Below, piece after piece: positions 48,634 to 58,157 of a DNA stretch of 64,000 nt. The stretch is from Candidatus Poribacteria bacterium (lineage in GTDB: Bacteria; Poribacteria; WGA-4E; WGA-3G). Both the position numbers and the translations under genes were made by a program. The notes under the pieces were generated by a model. It saw nothing but the letters and a program-made list of their open reading frames with translations. It ran no database searches and was not told where the DNA came from. The DNA lies in assembly GCA_965237835.1 (NCBI GenBank), contig OZ250160.1:2675397-2739396 (forward strand), in the 5' to 3' direction. Position 1 is the first letter of the stretch, and each line of letters opens with the position of its first letter.

Positions 48634-49948
48634 CAAAGTCCCCCCGTATGATACGTTCAGAAGGAGACAAAGCATCTTCGTCATCCAATGCTACCTCAAT
48701 ATCTGACTTTTTCCACAGGGGACCCGTATTCATCATCTTAAAAGGCGCGATTTCTGTGTTTCCGTTAACCTTGCGACAAACATATAACGATTCGAGAGGA
48801 ATGAGGTCGGGCAAAAGTGATGAATGTGTTGTTACAATGAATTGGATATCTTGGAGAATCATGTGAGTTTCCAAAAAGCGAGCAATGCGACGAATCCTGC
48901 GAGGGTGAATCCCATTTTCCGGTTCTTCAAATCCTATCAACGCAGGAGGTTCTGCGGCTCCAACGAGTGCTAAAAGCCCTAAAATTCGGAGTGTGCCCTC
49001 CGATAAGACGCGGGCAGAAATGCGCTTTTCACCTTCACGAATATCCAATTCAACTTCACCTAATTCATTTACACTAACATTAATTCCCGTTATAGATGGA
49101 ATCATGGTATGGAGTGATTTCTCAATAGATTCAAATTGTCGCTTATTACGAGCTTGCAAGGTATTGAGAAAGGCTGCGAGATCCTCTCCCATTGATCCAA
49201 TATCGTGAACTGCCTTGACCGGATTTGGAAGCCGCATTTGTTCTCTTGGTTCAAGATAGAAAGTAAGCCAGTTCGTTAACTCTCGCTGCATTGCAGTCAA
49301 ATGCGGATAGTGCGGCGGATAGTGCGACCTTGAAAGGATACTAAAGTCAAGATAACGCTCATAATAGAGTGGATGCGCCTGTCCCTCCATCCGCAGATGC
49401 AACCGATTTCCCCTTCGCTCTAAAAAAGGTTTCCTGTTTCGTTTTGGTTGACCCTCAGCACTGAGTGCAGCGAGATATTCATCTGATACACATATAATTC
49501 CTTGTTTAGGATGCATTTCAACCTGAATACGGTATCGCAGATATTTCTCGCTCACAGGTAGACGCCGATCTGAAACAGACTTATTTACACTTTTTGTATC
49601 CTTTTTCGTTGTTTCCCTAATCTCTTGAATACGCTTATTAACACTTTCCATAACAGCATCAGAAAGTTGCACATCTACCTCTATAATGAACGACACACTT
49701 TCTTTTTCGAGGAGGCTCTTAATGCCTTCATCTCCAAAAGTGAACGATTCCAGCGGATGTCCTCGGTACGGAGGGTCAAATGCTTCTTCCAAAGTTTGGC
49801 AGGTCGCCATCCGAGACAGAAGTTGCAGTGCATCAAGGAAATTGCTCTTTCCCGAAGCGTTAGGACCAACGAGCACAGAAAGAGGTTCGAGATTTAGTTC
49901 AAGATCCCTTAGTGATTTGTAACCCTGAATTTTGATTCGTTTCAGCAT
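48626..49948 (-). CDS. ABC-type (SMC/RecF-like) AAA ATPase of the OLD/PARIS AriA/DUF4276-partner class
   Basis: Walker A GPNASGKSN lies near the N-terminus. The Q-loop, Walker B LIGFEEPE and H-loop TTHS are present. There is no fused nuclease domain. Confidence 0.75.
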   Translation of the reverse strand: MLKRIKIQGYKSLRDLELNLEPLSVLVGPNASGKSNFLDALQLLSRMATCQTLEEAFDPPYRGHPLESFTFGDEGIKSLLEKESVSFIIEVDVQLSDAVMESVNKRIQEIRETTKKDTKSVNKSVSDRRLPVSEKYLRYRIQVEMHPKQGIICVSDEYLAALSAEGQPKRNRKPFLERRGNRLHLRMEGQAHPLYYERYLDFSILSRSHYPPHYPHLTAMQRELTNWLTFYLEPREQMRLPNPVKAVHDIGSMGEDLAAFLNTLQARNKRQFESIEKSLHTMIPSITGINVSVNELGEVELDIREGEKRISARVLSEGTLRILGLLALVGAAEPPALIGFEEPENGIHPRRIRRIARFLETHMILQDIQFIVTTHSSLLPDLIPLESLYVCRKVNGNTEIAPFKMMNTGPLWKKSDIEVALDDEDALSPSERIIRGDFDA

Positions 49949-49964
49949 CGCAGCGTACCTCCGT

Positions 49965-50762
49965 TCAATATCCCAAACTCCGTAGGTATTCTCGGTTCAC
50001 CTTTGCAGCTTCAGCAGGTGGTTTTGGTGGATACGGACGGTCAAGTTCAACCGAAACCCATCCATCATAGCCGACAGATTCAAGTCCTTCAAGAACTGCT
50101 TTGACATCAAGCCCAAGGTTTCCTGCACCCAGTTCAGCAAAACGCGCTTTCTCGCCAAAACGTTGCGTTCGGTAATCCCAAGTTTCCGGGTCATCCGCGT
50201 GACAGTCTTTGAGGTGGACATGTCCAATTCGATTACGCAAAAGTTCGCTATCAAAAACTTTCATAGGGTCGCTCCCAGCTGCAAGCATGTGTCCTGTATC
50301 GAACAGTAGCCAGAGACTTGGGGCAACTGCTAAAAGTCGTTCGGCATCATCAACCGTCTCAATCAATGTACCGAGATGTGCGTGGTGGAAGCCTTTTATA
50401 CGATGCGCGTCACAGAAGGCGAGCACATCGTCAAGTGTTCGGGCAGCGTTTTCATAATCTTCATCACTTGGATTCGCACCACCCCACGACCCCCGACCTA
50501 ACGCTGGAACTTCGGCAGCATTATTACCGAGCGTGATATTAAATCTTATCCTGTCAAATCCTGCACCGCCTGCGTTGACGATGTGGAGTCCGAGACTATG
50601 TGCAAACGTCGCCATCTCAACCAGTCCTTCTGCACCTTCAAAAGGCACACTTTCGACGCCTTCCCAACCTGCATCAGCGACTTCGCGCAACACTTTTTCT
50701 GGATTTTCTCGCTGCTCCCCACCAAACTGGATGAGGTGACATGCGAATCTTAATTTGCTCAT
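49965..50762 (-). CDS. Sugar phosphate isomerase/epimerase (xylose-isomerase-like TIM barrel) family protein
   Basis: Family pattern: LGLHIV...GHVHLKD...E.D. Confidence 0.7.
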   Translation of the reverse strand: MSKLRFACHLIQFGGEQRENPEKVLREVADAGWEGVESVPFEGAEGLVEMATFAHSLGLHIVNAGGAGFDRIRFNITLGNNAAEVPALGRGSWGGANPSDEDYENAARTLDDVLAFCDAHRIKGFHHAHLGTLIETVDDAERLLAVAPSLWLLFDTGHMLAAGSDPMKVFDSELLRNRIGHVHLKDCHADDPETWDYRTQRFGEKARFAELGAGNLGLDVKAVLEGLESVGYDGWVSVELDRPYPPKPPAEAAKVNREYLRSLGY

Positions 50763-50813
50763 GAATCAATTCCTTTCAAAATTTGAGAGTATTTACGTAA
50801 AGACCGTAAAGAT

Positions 50814-50948
50814 AACGTGAGTTTGATAAAAACAAGATGTCGGGCTTCTCGTAGGGGCGAGGTCTTCTCGCCCGTAGGGGTTAGGTTACCTAACCCCTAC
50901 GAAAATGTCCGTTTATGTTTAGAATTTGCTATATATCAAACTCACGTT
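50814..50948. mobile_element. MITE-like element (family 4), 135 bp, TIRs AACGTGAGTTTGATA / TATCAAACTCACGTT, internal palindromes CGTAGGGGCGAGG...GGGGTTAGGTTACCTAACCCC
   Basis: Solo TIR-like copies lie at 41551-41565 and 60953-60967, 30-40 nt upstream of the start codons of hyp122 and valS. Confidence 0.7.
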
Positions 50949-50975
50949 AAAGATAGATAAAATTGAAGTCAGCAT

Positions 50976-51953
50976 TTAGAATGGAAGAGGAATGCCAACT
51001 CGTTCAGCAACTATTTTCAACTGTTCCTGATGTGCTTTGCCAACGGGGATGCCGATTTCAGCCCATTCCCGTTCGCGCTCCCATTCTAAGCCGCCGGGCA
51101 GATCTGATCGGTCATAACCCGGTGCCGGTTGCATCTGTCGGGCATCGTAGATATGTTGGTCGATCTCCGCTTTATACTTGTCAATTGGTCGGAACCGGGA
51201 AATGTCAATCGCTGCAATGAAAGCACCTTGATTGGCACCTTCCCAGATTGTTGGAGGATCCGGCGGCTTATCAAATAGCCAGATGCCTGCCATAAACCCA
51301 CCGAGTGCATGACTCACATGACTCAAACCCAACATCTTGAAGAACGCAGCGGGACTCTGTGCAAACGCCTGCTCAAACGGCAGCTTAGCATCAATGCCGG
51401 TTGCCATATCGACAACTATGGGCGGCTGGTTGCCCGCCGGAATCGCAAAACTCATCGGCGAAACTCCAGTTGCGGTGGCAATCACACCGTTGGGGTTATG
51501 TCTAAAACGGTGGCAAGAGACCGCAAACCCAGCGCAATCCGCTTCAAGCGCGAGCCGTGAATACTTGCCAGCACTCCCAAAGTGAAAGTGATTCCGACTC
51601 GTTGCGGCACCTAGTCCCATCTCTTTAGCTTTTTTGACTGCTGCCTTTGCAGCATGATATGAGGCAAAATGTCCCATACCGCCATCGCCGTCGTAGACTG
51701 CCGTTGTCGGGGATTCATCAATGCATCGGACATTTGGACGTGGATTTACTTTTCCATCAAGCATCATCCCTACATATCCCGGTGTTTGGCGCGTGCCATG
51801 ACTAAACACACCGCGCAGATCAGTGAGAACTAACAGGTGAGCCATGTGCACAGCGTCCTCCTCCGAGGTCCCTGCCTTCTGGAAAGCTTCACTGATGAAG
51901 CCTCGGATTGCATCTGGCATAACGCGGATAAATTCTTTTGGAGTTACATTCAT
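50976..51953 (-). CDS. Ldh_2-family oxidoreductase (malate/L-lactate/sulfolactate dehydrogenase type 2)
   Basis: N-terminal region and HFHFG / SHGT motifs are typical of Ldh_2. Confidence 0.75.
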   Translation of the reverse strand: MNVTPKEFIRVMPDAIRGFISEAFQKAGTSEEDAVHMAHLLVLTDLRGVFSHGTRQTPGYVGMMLDGKVNPRPNVRCIDESPTTAVYDGDGGMGHFASYHAAKAAVKKAKEMGLGAATSRNHFHFGSAGKYSRLALEADCAGFAVSCHRFRHNPNGVIATATGVSPMSFAIPAGNQPPIVVDMATGIDAKLPFEQAFAQSPAAFFKMLGLSHVSHALGGFMAGIWLFDKPPDPPTIWEGANQGAFIAAIDISRFRPIDKYKAEIDQHIYDARQMQPAPGYDRSDLPGGLEWEREREWAEIGIPVGKAHQEQLKIVAERVGIPLPF

Positions 51954-52040
51954 TCTTATAGTCCGTTATTTTAGGTAAGTTAATAGATTGAGGTTAGGTT
52001 CCACGAGATTTTCAAGAGGCAAATCGGATTGTGGCATAGG

Positions 52041-52361
52041 CTACTTACTCCAGTCCTCGTCTGGTGGCCAAATTAAGGAACTCCCACCTCCAGCACCCTT
52101 AGGTCCTTCCGCAAACCAATCTTTAACAGTATCACGCCACTTAATGAAGTGCGGTGTTTGCAGATGTGCTTTGAATGCATCCTCATCTACATAAACCTCG
52201 TAGAGCCAAATCCGATTCGAATCTGAACCGTCCTGAATTACATCAAATCTCAAGCAACCGGGTTCATCACGAACTGAACCTTTTGCATCGTCTAACATGG
52301 CTTCGATGAATTCTTCTCTATGACCTTCCTTAATCTGAATCGGGGCGATAATAACAAACAT
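52041..52361 (-). CDS. Antibiotic-biosynthesis-monooxygenase (ABM) domain protein, YgiN-like
   Basis: About 100 aa ferredoxin-like ABM pattern: FVIIAPIQIKEGHREEF...DEPGCLRFDV...NRIWLYEVYVDEDAFKAHLQTPHF. Confidence 0.65.
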   Translation of the reverse strand: MFVIIAPIQIKEGHREEFIEAMLDDAKGSVRDEPGCLRFDVIQDGSDSNRIWLYEVYVDEDAFKAHLQTPHFIKWRDTVKDWFAEGPKGAGGGSSLIWPPDEDWSK

Positions 52362-52537
52362 GTGATAGTTCTCCCATATAGATATTGCGTGATGTCAAAA
52401 TAAGATAATTTCACATCAAAACAAACTTTGTTCCTACCGTATAACTGATAATCTACCATATTCTTATATACATGTCAATAGGGGTGTGTAAAGTAATTGT
52501 AGTTGTAATCAAACTCAAGACAAATATTTAACCCTCT

Positions 52538-53863
52538 TCATTTAAACAAATGCTTCGGTGCCAGCACCGTTAGTGAGATACCACGAGCAATCAACAACAA
52601 AGTAAACGCGCCCCAAAGTCCATGATTTCCATAAGGTATGAATAGATAAACTGCAGTTAAGAATAATAGCATTGAAACAATCATAGAATTCCGTAACGGC
52701 TTTGATGCAGTCGCACCAAGATAAATCCCATCCCAGACATACGCAGCAACGTTGACAACAGGTGCAATAATTATCCAGACAAGATAAGGTTTCGCTTGTT
52801 CAACGAGTTTGAGTTTATCCGTGAAAAGATACAACAACTGCTCACCAAACAGAGCAAATATTAACAGAACTGTGCCACCAAATAGAAATGACCAAAGAAA
52901 AATTTGGTGCGTTGTCCGTTTTAAATTCTGTAAATCCTGCGCGCCTTTGAATTTACCTATCATACTCTCAGCAGCAAAAGCAAACCCATCAATCGCATAA
53001 GACATCAGATTAATATACTGAAGCAGAATTGTGTTGATTGCCAAGAAGGTATCACTCAAAACCGCTGATTTCGCAGTAAAGTAAGCAAGACTAAAGACAA
53101 GACAGAGCGTACGAATGAAGATGTCTCCGCTAATGCTCAAGAATCGCTTCATCTTAGAATACGAAACGATTAGTCGAAGATTCCATGTTGTTATGAGATT
53201 AAGATAACTTCTTAAAAAAAGTGTGATCGCCAGAATGAGACCTACATACTGCGCAATGACGGTTGCTAAGGCAACACCCTCTACCTTCATACCAAGCAAA
53301 TTAACAAATACCAAATTCAACACGACGTTTATGAGATTAACAAGGATTGTCAGCACCATCGGATAATGTGCATTCTGTAAACCGAGAAATACCCCATGGA
53401 ATGCATGTAGGCAGAGAGTAGCAGGGGCAGCATAGATGCGAATATGGAAATACGTACGAGCAAGTTTCTCCACCTCTGGACTCGTATCAATGAGTGCAAA
53501 ACTGACATCGGCAAGAACCCACTGCAGGCTTAAAAGTAAAAAACTCCCGATAACACCTATGGAAAAACTTCGCTGTAGTAACAGACCACATTCTGCGTAA
53601 TCATTTTCTCCGTATGCTTGTGCAGTCAAACCGGTAGTAGCCATTCTGATGAACCCGAATCCCCAATAAATAAAACTAAAGAGCACCGCGCCAATGCCAA
53701 CAGCACCGAGATAGTGTTCAGTTTCCAGTCGTCCCATCAACGCCGTATCCACAGCACCGAGAAGCGGGATAGAGAAGTTACTGATAATGTTCGGGACTGC
53801 AAGTTGGAGGATCTGTTTGTTAATGTTATCAGGTTTAGGCATAAAAGGTTCTGTCCTATTCAT
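52538..53863 (-). CDS. MATE-family multidrug/oligosaccharidyl-lipid efflux transporter
   Basis: 12 predicted transmembrane segments. N-terminal NISNFSIPLLGAVDTALMGRL is the MATE entry motif. Confidence 0.85.
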   Translation of the reverse strand: MNRTEPFMPKPDNINKQILQLAVPNIISNFSIPLLGAVDTALMGRLETEHYLGAVGIGAVLFSFIYWGFGFIRMATTGLTAQAYGENDYAECGLLLQRSFSIGVIGSFLLLSLQWVLADVSFALIDTSPEVEKLARTYFHIRIYAAPATLCLHAFHGVFLGLQNAHYPMVLTILVNLINVVLNLVFVNLLGMKVEGVALATVIAQYVGLILAITLFLRSYLNLITTWNLRLIVSYSKMKRFLSISGDIFIRTLCLVFSLAYFTAKSAVLSDTFLAINTILLQYINLMSYAIDGFAFAAESMIGKFKGAQDLQNLKRTTHQIFLWSFLFGGTVLLIFALFGEQLLYLFTDKLKLVEQAKPYLVWIIIAPVVNVAAYVWDGIYLGATASKPLRNSMIVSMLLFLTAVYLFIPYGNHGLWGAFTLLLIARGISLTVLAPKHLFK

Positions 53864-54034
53864 GTTTTTAGAGTTTACCTGAATTTGTGATGAAAAATCA
53901 AGGTAGGTTCATAGAATAACGGAATTGTTAGTTCTGAGAAAGTGTGTTTCTCAACAATTTACAAAGAAAAATAAACTGTAATGCAACAAAGTACTATCTA
54001 CTGACCGTGAGTAGTTGAATTGCCTAACTTTAGA

Positions 54035-54156
54035 CAGGGCTATTTAGTTTTAGGCTTTTTGTCCATTTTAGCCGAAAAGTCGCGATTCGGAGATTGCTCC
54101 TACAGCGAAGGGTCTTAAATTGAAAATCTAAATATTCGGAAAACTAAATGACCCTG
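54035..54156. mobile_element. MITE-like element (family 3), second copy
   Basis: Same 15-bp TIRs as 45878-45999, with the interior inverted. Confidence 0.8.
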
Positions 54157-54190
54157 AACTTTAGATTTTTCTTTGTAATTTTGCACGAAA

Positions 54191-54201
54191 TTTGGTATAC
54201 T
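54191..54201 (+). promoter_or_regulatory. Extended -10-like box TTTGGTATACT 9 nt upstream of the lpxL-like start codon
   Basis: Same TGGTATACT 9-mer as upstream of lepA. No Shine-Dalgarno before the ATG at 54211. Confidence 0.3.
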
Positions 54202-54210
54202 ATATTTCTA

Positions 54211-55083
54211 ATGAAAGATTGGTGTTATGGATTTACTGCTAAACTGACTGGATACTGCATTTCACGACTTCCGCGTTCGGTGTCATTGGTTCTCGGCGGA
54301 TGGTTGGGAAAAATCGTGTTTTGGTTTGCATCGCAGCAAAGACGGTTAGCATGTGAACATATACGACAGTGTTTGGATCTTGCAGACAAACGCAGCATTA
54401 AAACGATAGCGAAGAAATGTTTTGCAAATTTAGGGAAAACTGTAGTAGAGTTCATGCAGTTTCCGCGCATGAATCTAAAGCAGATTCAACAATATGTCAG
54501 TTTTGAAGGTATTCAGCATGTAGAGGCGGCATTAGCACAAGGAAAAGGAGCGATCATTTTAACCGGACATTTTGGGAATTGGGAACTATTAGCAGCAAGT
54601 ATCAGTGTTAGTGTTGCCCCGTTGACCCCTATTGTTCGAGAATTGCGTTCGCCACGTCTAAACGTTTTAGTGAGCAGTTATCGAGAAAAAGCAGGATATT
54701 CTACCATAGATAGAGATACAGGCGTGAGACAAGCACTCCGATGTCTAAAAAATAACCAACTCCTTGGAATAGTTGCTGATGTGGATACCACCGTAAATGG
54801 TGTGTTTGTTGACTTTTTCGGAAAACCCGCCTATACACCCTATAGTCCCGTTGCTTTTGCCCTTAAAACTGGTGCAGCTATATTACCGTCTTTTATTATA
54901 CGTCAACCCGAAGGTTCACATCGGGTCATAATTGAACCGCCGTTGGTACTAAAACGGTGTGATGTAAAAGAGAAAGAACTTGTCATTAATACACAGAAAT
55001 TTACTGAAATCATTGAATCCTACGTCCGAAAATATCCAGAACAGTGGATATGGATGCATAAAAGGTGGAAAACACGTCCATAG
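54211..55083 (+). CDS. Lipid A biosynthesis lauroyl/myristoyl acyltransferase (LpxL/HtrB family)
   Basis: The HX4D acyltransferase motif is present as GHFGNWE. Family architecture fits. The track ORF starts at 54148; the internal ATG at 54211 (MKDW) was chosen. Confidence 0.75.
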   Translation: MKDWCYGFTAKLTGYCISRLPRSVSLVLGGWLGKIVFWFASQQRRLACEHIRQCLDLADKRSIKTIAKKCFANLGKTVVEFMQFPRMNLKQIQQYVSFEGIQHVEAALAQGKGAIILTGHFGNWELLAASISVSVAPLTPIVRELRSPRLNVLVSSYREKAGYSTIDRDTGVRQALRCLKNNQLLGIVADVDTTVNGVFVDFFGKPAYTPYSPVAFALKTGAAILPSFIIRQPEGSHRVIIEPPLVLKRCDVKEKELVINTQKFTEIIESYVRKYPEQWIWMHKRWKTRP

Positions 55084-55102
55084 TATTGTAAACACATTTT
55101 TT

Positions 55103-55651
55103 ATGTATAAGTTTTTCAAAAATAGATTCACTACAATATTGGTATGTATTTGTCTTGCAGTCGTTATTGGTTGTGAACGTGAAGAAGATATTAAACCTGA
55201 GGAATCACCACCGCTACAGCAGCTTGAAACTTTTTCCACACAACACACAGAGGCTGGTGTCTTAAAGTGGTCCCTTGTCGGGGAGTCCTCAGAGATGCGC
55301 GGTGACGAGACAATCATCCAAAATCCAAAGGTAAAAATTTTTGAAGAAGGAAAAGTTTCACTTACGTTGACAGGAAAAAGAGGACAGTATTTCCCTGTCG
55401 GAAAAAATAAAGATAACCTGTATCTCTACGGAGAGGTAGTCGGTGTCAACGAAAATGGGACACTTTATACAGAGGAATTACATTGGCGAAACAGAGGTGG
55501 AACGATATACTCTCCAACTGAAGTTAAGTTAGTCCGTGGAGACTCCACATGGTATGGAATTGAAATGGTAGCCAATCCAAATTTTGAAACTGTAAAGATG
55601 TCAAAAAATCGTTTCAAACTTTACCCTAAAGATGAGGAAAAAAGTCAATAA
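55103..55651 (+). CDS. lptC: LptC-like LPS export protein (lipoprotein-anchored)
   Basis: Signal/lipobox MYKFFKNRFTTILVCICLAVVIGC. A beta-jellyroll-sized domain of about 160 aa follows. It sits directly upstream of lptA-lptB-rpoN-hpf. Confidence 0.55.
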   Translation: MYKFFKNRFTTILVCICLAVVIGCEREEDIKPEESPPLQQLETFSTQHTEAGVLKWSLVGESSEMRGDETIIQNPKVKIFEEGKVSLTLTGKRGQYFPVGKNKDNLYLYGEVVGVNENGTLYTEELHWRNRGGTIYSPTEVKLVRGDSTWYGIEMVANPNFETVKMSKNRFKLYPKDEEKSQ

Positions 55652-56103
55652 CCCCGCCCTAAAGGGCGAGGCTTGTTCAATACGGCAGCCAAGCCTATCT
55701 GTTGAACAAGGGTAACTTATTGACTACCGTAACATATCGCAGTATCTCGGTATGGCAGCCGAAACAACGGTTAGAAAACGATATACCGAACTGGTAGTAG
55801 GTATTATCTAAGGATGCTCCCAAAGTCTTAACCCACTTGGATACTGTGATCGGTAAGGGGAAACGGACACCTACGAAAGTAGAGAGCCCGCAAGGGTCAT
55901 TACCTGTTTTCTTTCACAGCACCGGGTCAGGTCTATTAGGTGAGTGGTGACAGTTTCACTCAACGAAGCAGCCCACTGGAAAGAATCGCCCACGGGTCTG
56001 TGGCGAAAAAACAACTCGCACCCCTTTAGGGGGAAATCTATAATTTAAAAAGGAGCGGTGTTTCCTCCCCCGCCTAAAGGCAGGGGTTTCCACACCGAAG
56101 ATT

Positions 56104-57123
56104 TTGATGAATAGAAAGAAAATCATCTCTAAAATGAATAGTGATGTGTTTCGGAAATTACCAGAATTCGTTGGGAACTGGTTAGTCTTCTTAGGGGTAG
56201 TAATTTGTTTAACAACCATCCCTGCGTGGGCAGCCGAAGCACCTGACTCAGAAAAGACAGATGATGAAGTTGTAAAGCAAGCTGAAGAAACTCCAGTTAT
56301 TTCGACTGAACCAGATGAAAAAAGTCAAACAATAATTACTGACACAACAACCTTGGACACAGATGAGAAACCTGTGGATGTCAAAGTAACAAAAGAGGTT
56401 ATTACAGGCACCTCAGATGAAATGGAACGGTATGAGAAAACAGGAATTACGATCCTTATCGGGAATGCAAAAACACTCAGACATAACGAGGAAGGTCAAG
56501 AAATCGGATTTCTCAATGCTGATAGAATTACACTCAAAAGTGATCCTGAAACTGGTGAAACTATAGAAATTATTGCCGTTGGTAATGTAGAGATACGCGA
56601 TCAAAAAATCTTTGCCACCTGTGACCACGCTGTTATGGATAACTTAACGAATATCATAACACTAAAAGATAACGTGGTGGTTTTACAAAAAGCAGATAGG
56701 CTTGAAACAAAACTCTTTACCTTCAATAGAACAACGGGTAAACAAACCGGTGTTGGTGACGTTAAATTCAAGGTAACTGTTACACAAGCAACACCAACGG
56801 AGACACCCGAGGAATCTGAAGAAGTCAGTTCTGATAACAAAGATGCGTCTGCAACTCCGAGTAAAACTGACGAGAAAGATGACTCTTCAGAAAAAGAAAA
56901 AGATTCTGATAAAAAATCTGAAGGTGATTCTGACAAACCGGTTTCAGAAGAAAAAACTACACCTTCTGAAACGAAAAAAGAAAAGAAAGAGTCAGAATCT
57001 GAAAAAGATAAAGAGACTGAACCAACCGAATCAGAAGATACTGAACCGACTGAATCAGAAGATACTGAACCGACTGAATCAGAAGATACTGAACCGACTG
57101 AATCACCAGAGGAAAAAGAATAA
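56104..57123 (+). CDS. lptA: LptA/OstA-N-domain periplasmic LPS transport protein with acidic low-complexity C-terminal tail
   Basis: Signal peptide ...LTTIPAWAAEAP. The OstA-like domain is GITILIGNAKTLRHNEEGQEIGFLNADRITL...CDHAVMDNLTNIITLKDNVVV. The C-terminal 100 aa are E/K/S/T-rich, with 4 x (ESEDTEPT) encoded by 24-bp DNA repeats at about 57030-57110. Confidence 0.7.
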   Translation: MMNRKKIISKMNSDVFRKLPEFVGNWLVFLGVVICLTTIPAWAAEAPDSEKTDDEVVKQAEETPVISTEPDEKSQTIITDTTTLDTDEKPVDVKVTKEVITGTSDEMERYEKTGITILIGNAKTLRHNEEGQEIGFLNADRITLKSDPETGETIEIIAVGNVEIRDQKIFATCDHAVMDNLTNIITLKDNVVVLQKADRLETKLFTFNRTTGKQTGVGDVKFKVTVTQATPTETPEESEEVSSDNKDASATPSKTDEKDDSSEKEKDSDKKSEGDSDKPVSEEKTTPSETKKEKKESESEKDKETEPTESEDTEPTESEDTEPTESEDTEPTESPEEKE

Positions 57124-57180
57124 TTGTGGACAGTTGGGAATTTAGGTTACTAACAACACTCTTCTTGATAGCAATATATC

Positions 57181-57275
57181 TAATACCAAATTAACTTGAT
57201 TCGCCGTCTGTAGATAAAGTCAGCATTGTGAGGCACGGGGACCTCACACTACAAATCAGGGTAATTGGGTATAAC
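57181..57275. mobile_element. MITE-like element (family 2). Its right terminus GGTAATTGGGTATAAC ends 5 nt before the lptB ATG
   Basis: TAATACCAAATTAACTTGATTC...GATAAAGTCAGCATTGTGAGGCACGGGGACCTCACACTACAAATCAGGGTAATTGGGTATAAC. The -10-like TATAAC lies at 57270-57275 and the ATG at 57281. Confidence 0.8.
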
Positions 57276-57280
57276 AACAA

Positions 57281-58057
57281 ATGGAGAATATAGGTAGCAA
57301 CAACGTGGCAACAGAATTACAAACACACAATCTTGTAAAAAGGTATACTCGGCGGGGTCCAATTGTCGTAAACGAAGTAAGTCTATCGGTTCAGCAAGGC
57401 GAAATAGTTGGTTTGTTGGGACCGAACGGTGCAGGTAAATCAACAACATTCTATATGGTAGTCGGTCTAATCCGTCCAAATGCTGGTCGTATAACTTTTG
57501 GAGATAGGGATATAACATTCTTACCGATGTACAAACGTGCCCGTCTCGGTATAGGTTATCTTTCACAGGAAACTTCAATTTTCCGTAAATTGACCGTCAA
57601 ACAGAACATTGAAGCGATTTTAGAAGCAAGAGGAATGCCAAAGAATGACAGAGAAACGCGCATCCAAGAATTCACTGATGAACTCGGTATTTCATCTCTT
57701 TTAGATCGCAAAGCATATACTCTATCGGGAGGTGAGTGTCGCCGTGTGGAAATAGCCCGTGCACTTGCCGCACAACCAGACTTCATCTTATTAGACGAAC
57801 CGCTCTCTGGGATTGACCCTATTGCTGTTGCTGATATTAAGCAGCTTATATTACATTTACGAAGTCGTAACCTCGGAATTTTAATAACAGATCATAATGC
57901 TATTGAAACTCTCAATATTGTTGATCGTGCGTATCTCATAGCTGATGGAAAAATTACTTTGGCTGGAACACCTGATGAACTCCTAAATAGCGAAGTTGCA
58001 AGAGAACTCTACTTCGGTCATAACTTTCAATATGCAATACAGGAGAACAAACCGTAG
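57281..58057 (+). CDS. lptB: LPS export ABC transporter ATP-binding protein LptB
   Basis: About 258 aa. Walker A GPNGAGKST, signature LSGGECRRVEIARAL and Walker B ILLDEP are present. It sits in conserved lptA-lptB-rpoN synteny. Confidence 0.85.
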   Translation: MENIGSNNVATELQTHNLVKRYTRRGPIVVNEVSLSVQQGEIVGLLGPNGAGKSTTFYMVVGLIRPNAGRITFGDRDITFLPMYKRARLGIGYLSQETSIFRKLTVKQNIEAILEARGMPKNDRETRIQEFTDELGISSLLDRKAYTLSGGECRRVEIARALAAQPDFILLDEPLSGIDPIAVADIKQLILHLRSRNLGILITDHNAIETLNIVDRAYLIADGKITLAGTPDELLNSEVARELYFGHNFQYAIQENKP

Positions 58058-58157
58058 CCTAACCAAAGCATCGCTCTATCCGTTGAAACTACTTTCAAAA
58101 GACGTTTGCAGGCACAACACTCTAACGTCCCAATAGAGATTTTTGGAGTGCCGCGTG

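Noticed and set aside
50963-51220. Plus-strand 85-aa ORF downstream of the family-4 MITE
   Set aside because: It is entirely antisense to the well-supported Ldh_2-family gene (50976..51953, minus) and has no independent support.
54980-55651. Track ORF start at 54980 for the LptC-like gene (overlapping lpxL by 100 nt)
   Set aside because: The N-terminal 41 codons lie inside the lpxL-like gene in another frame. The internal ATG at 55103 gives a lipoprotein signal peptide and an LptC-sized product.
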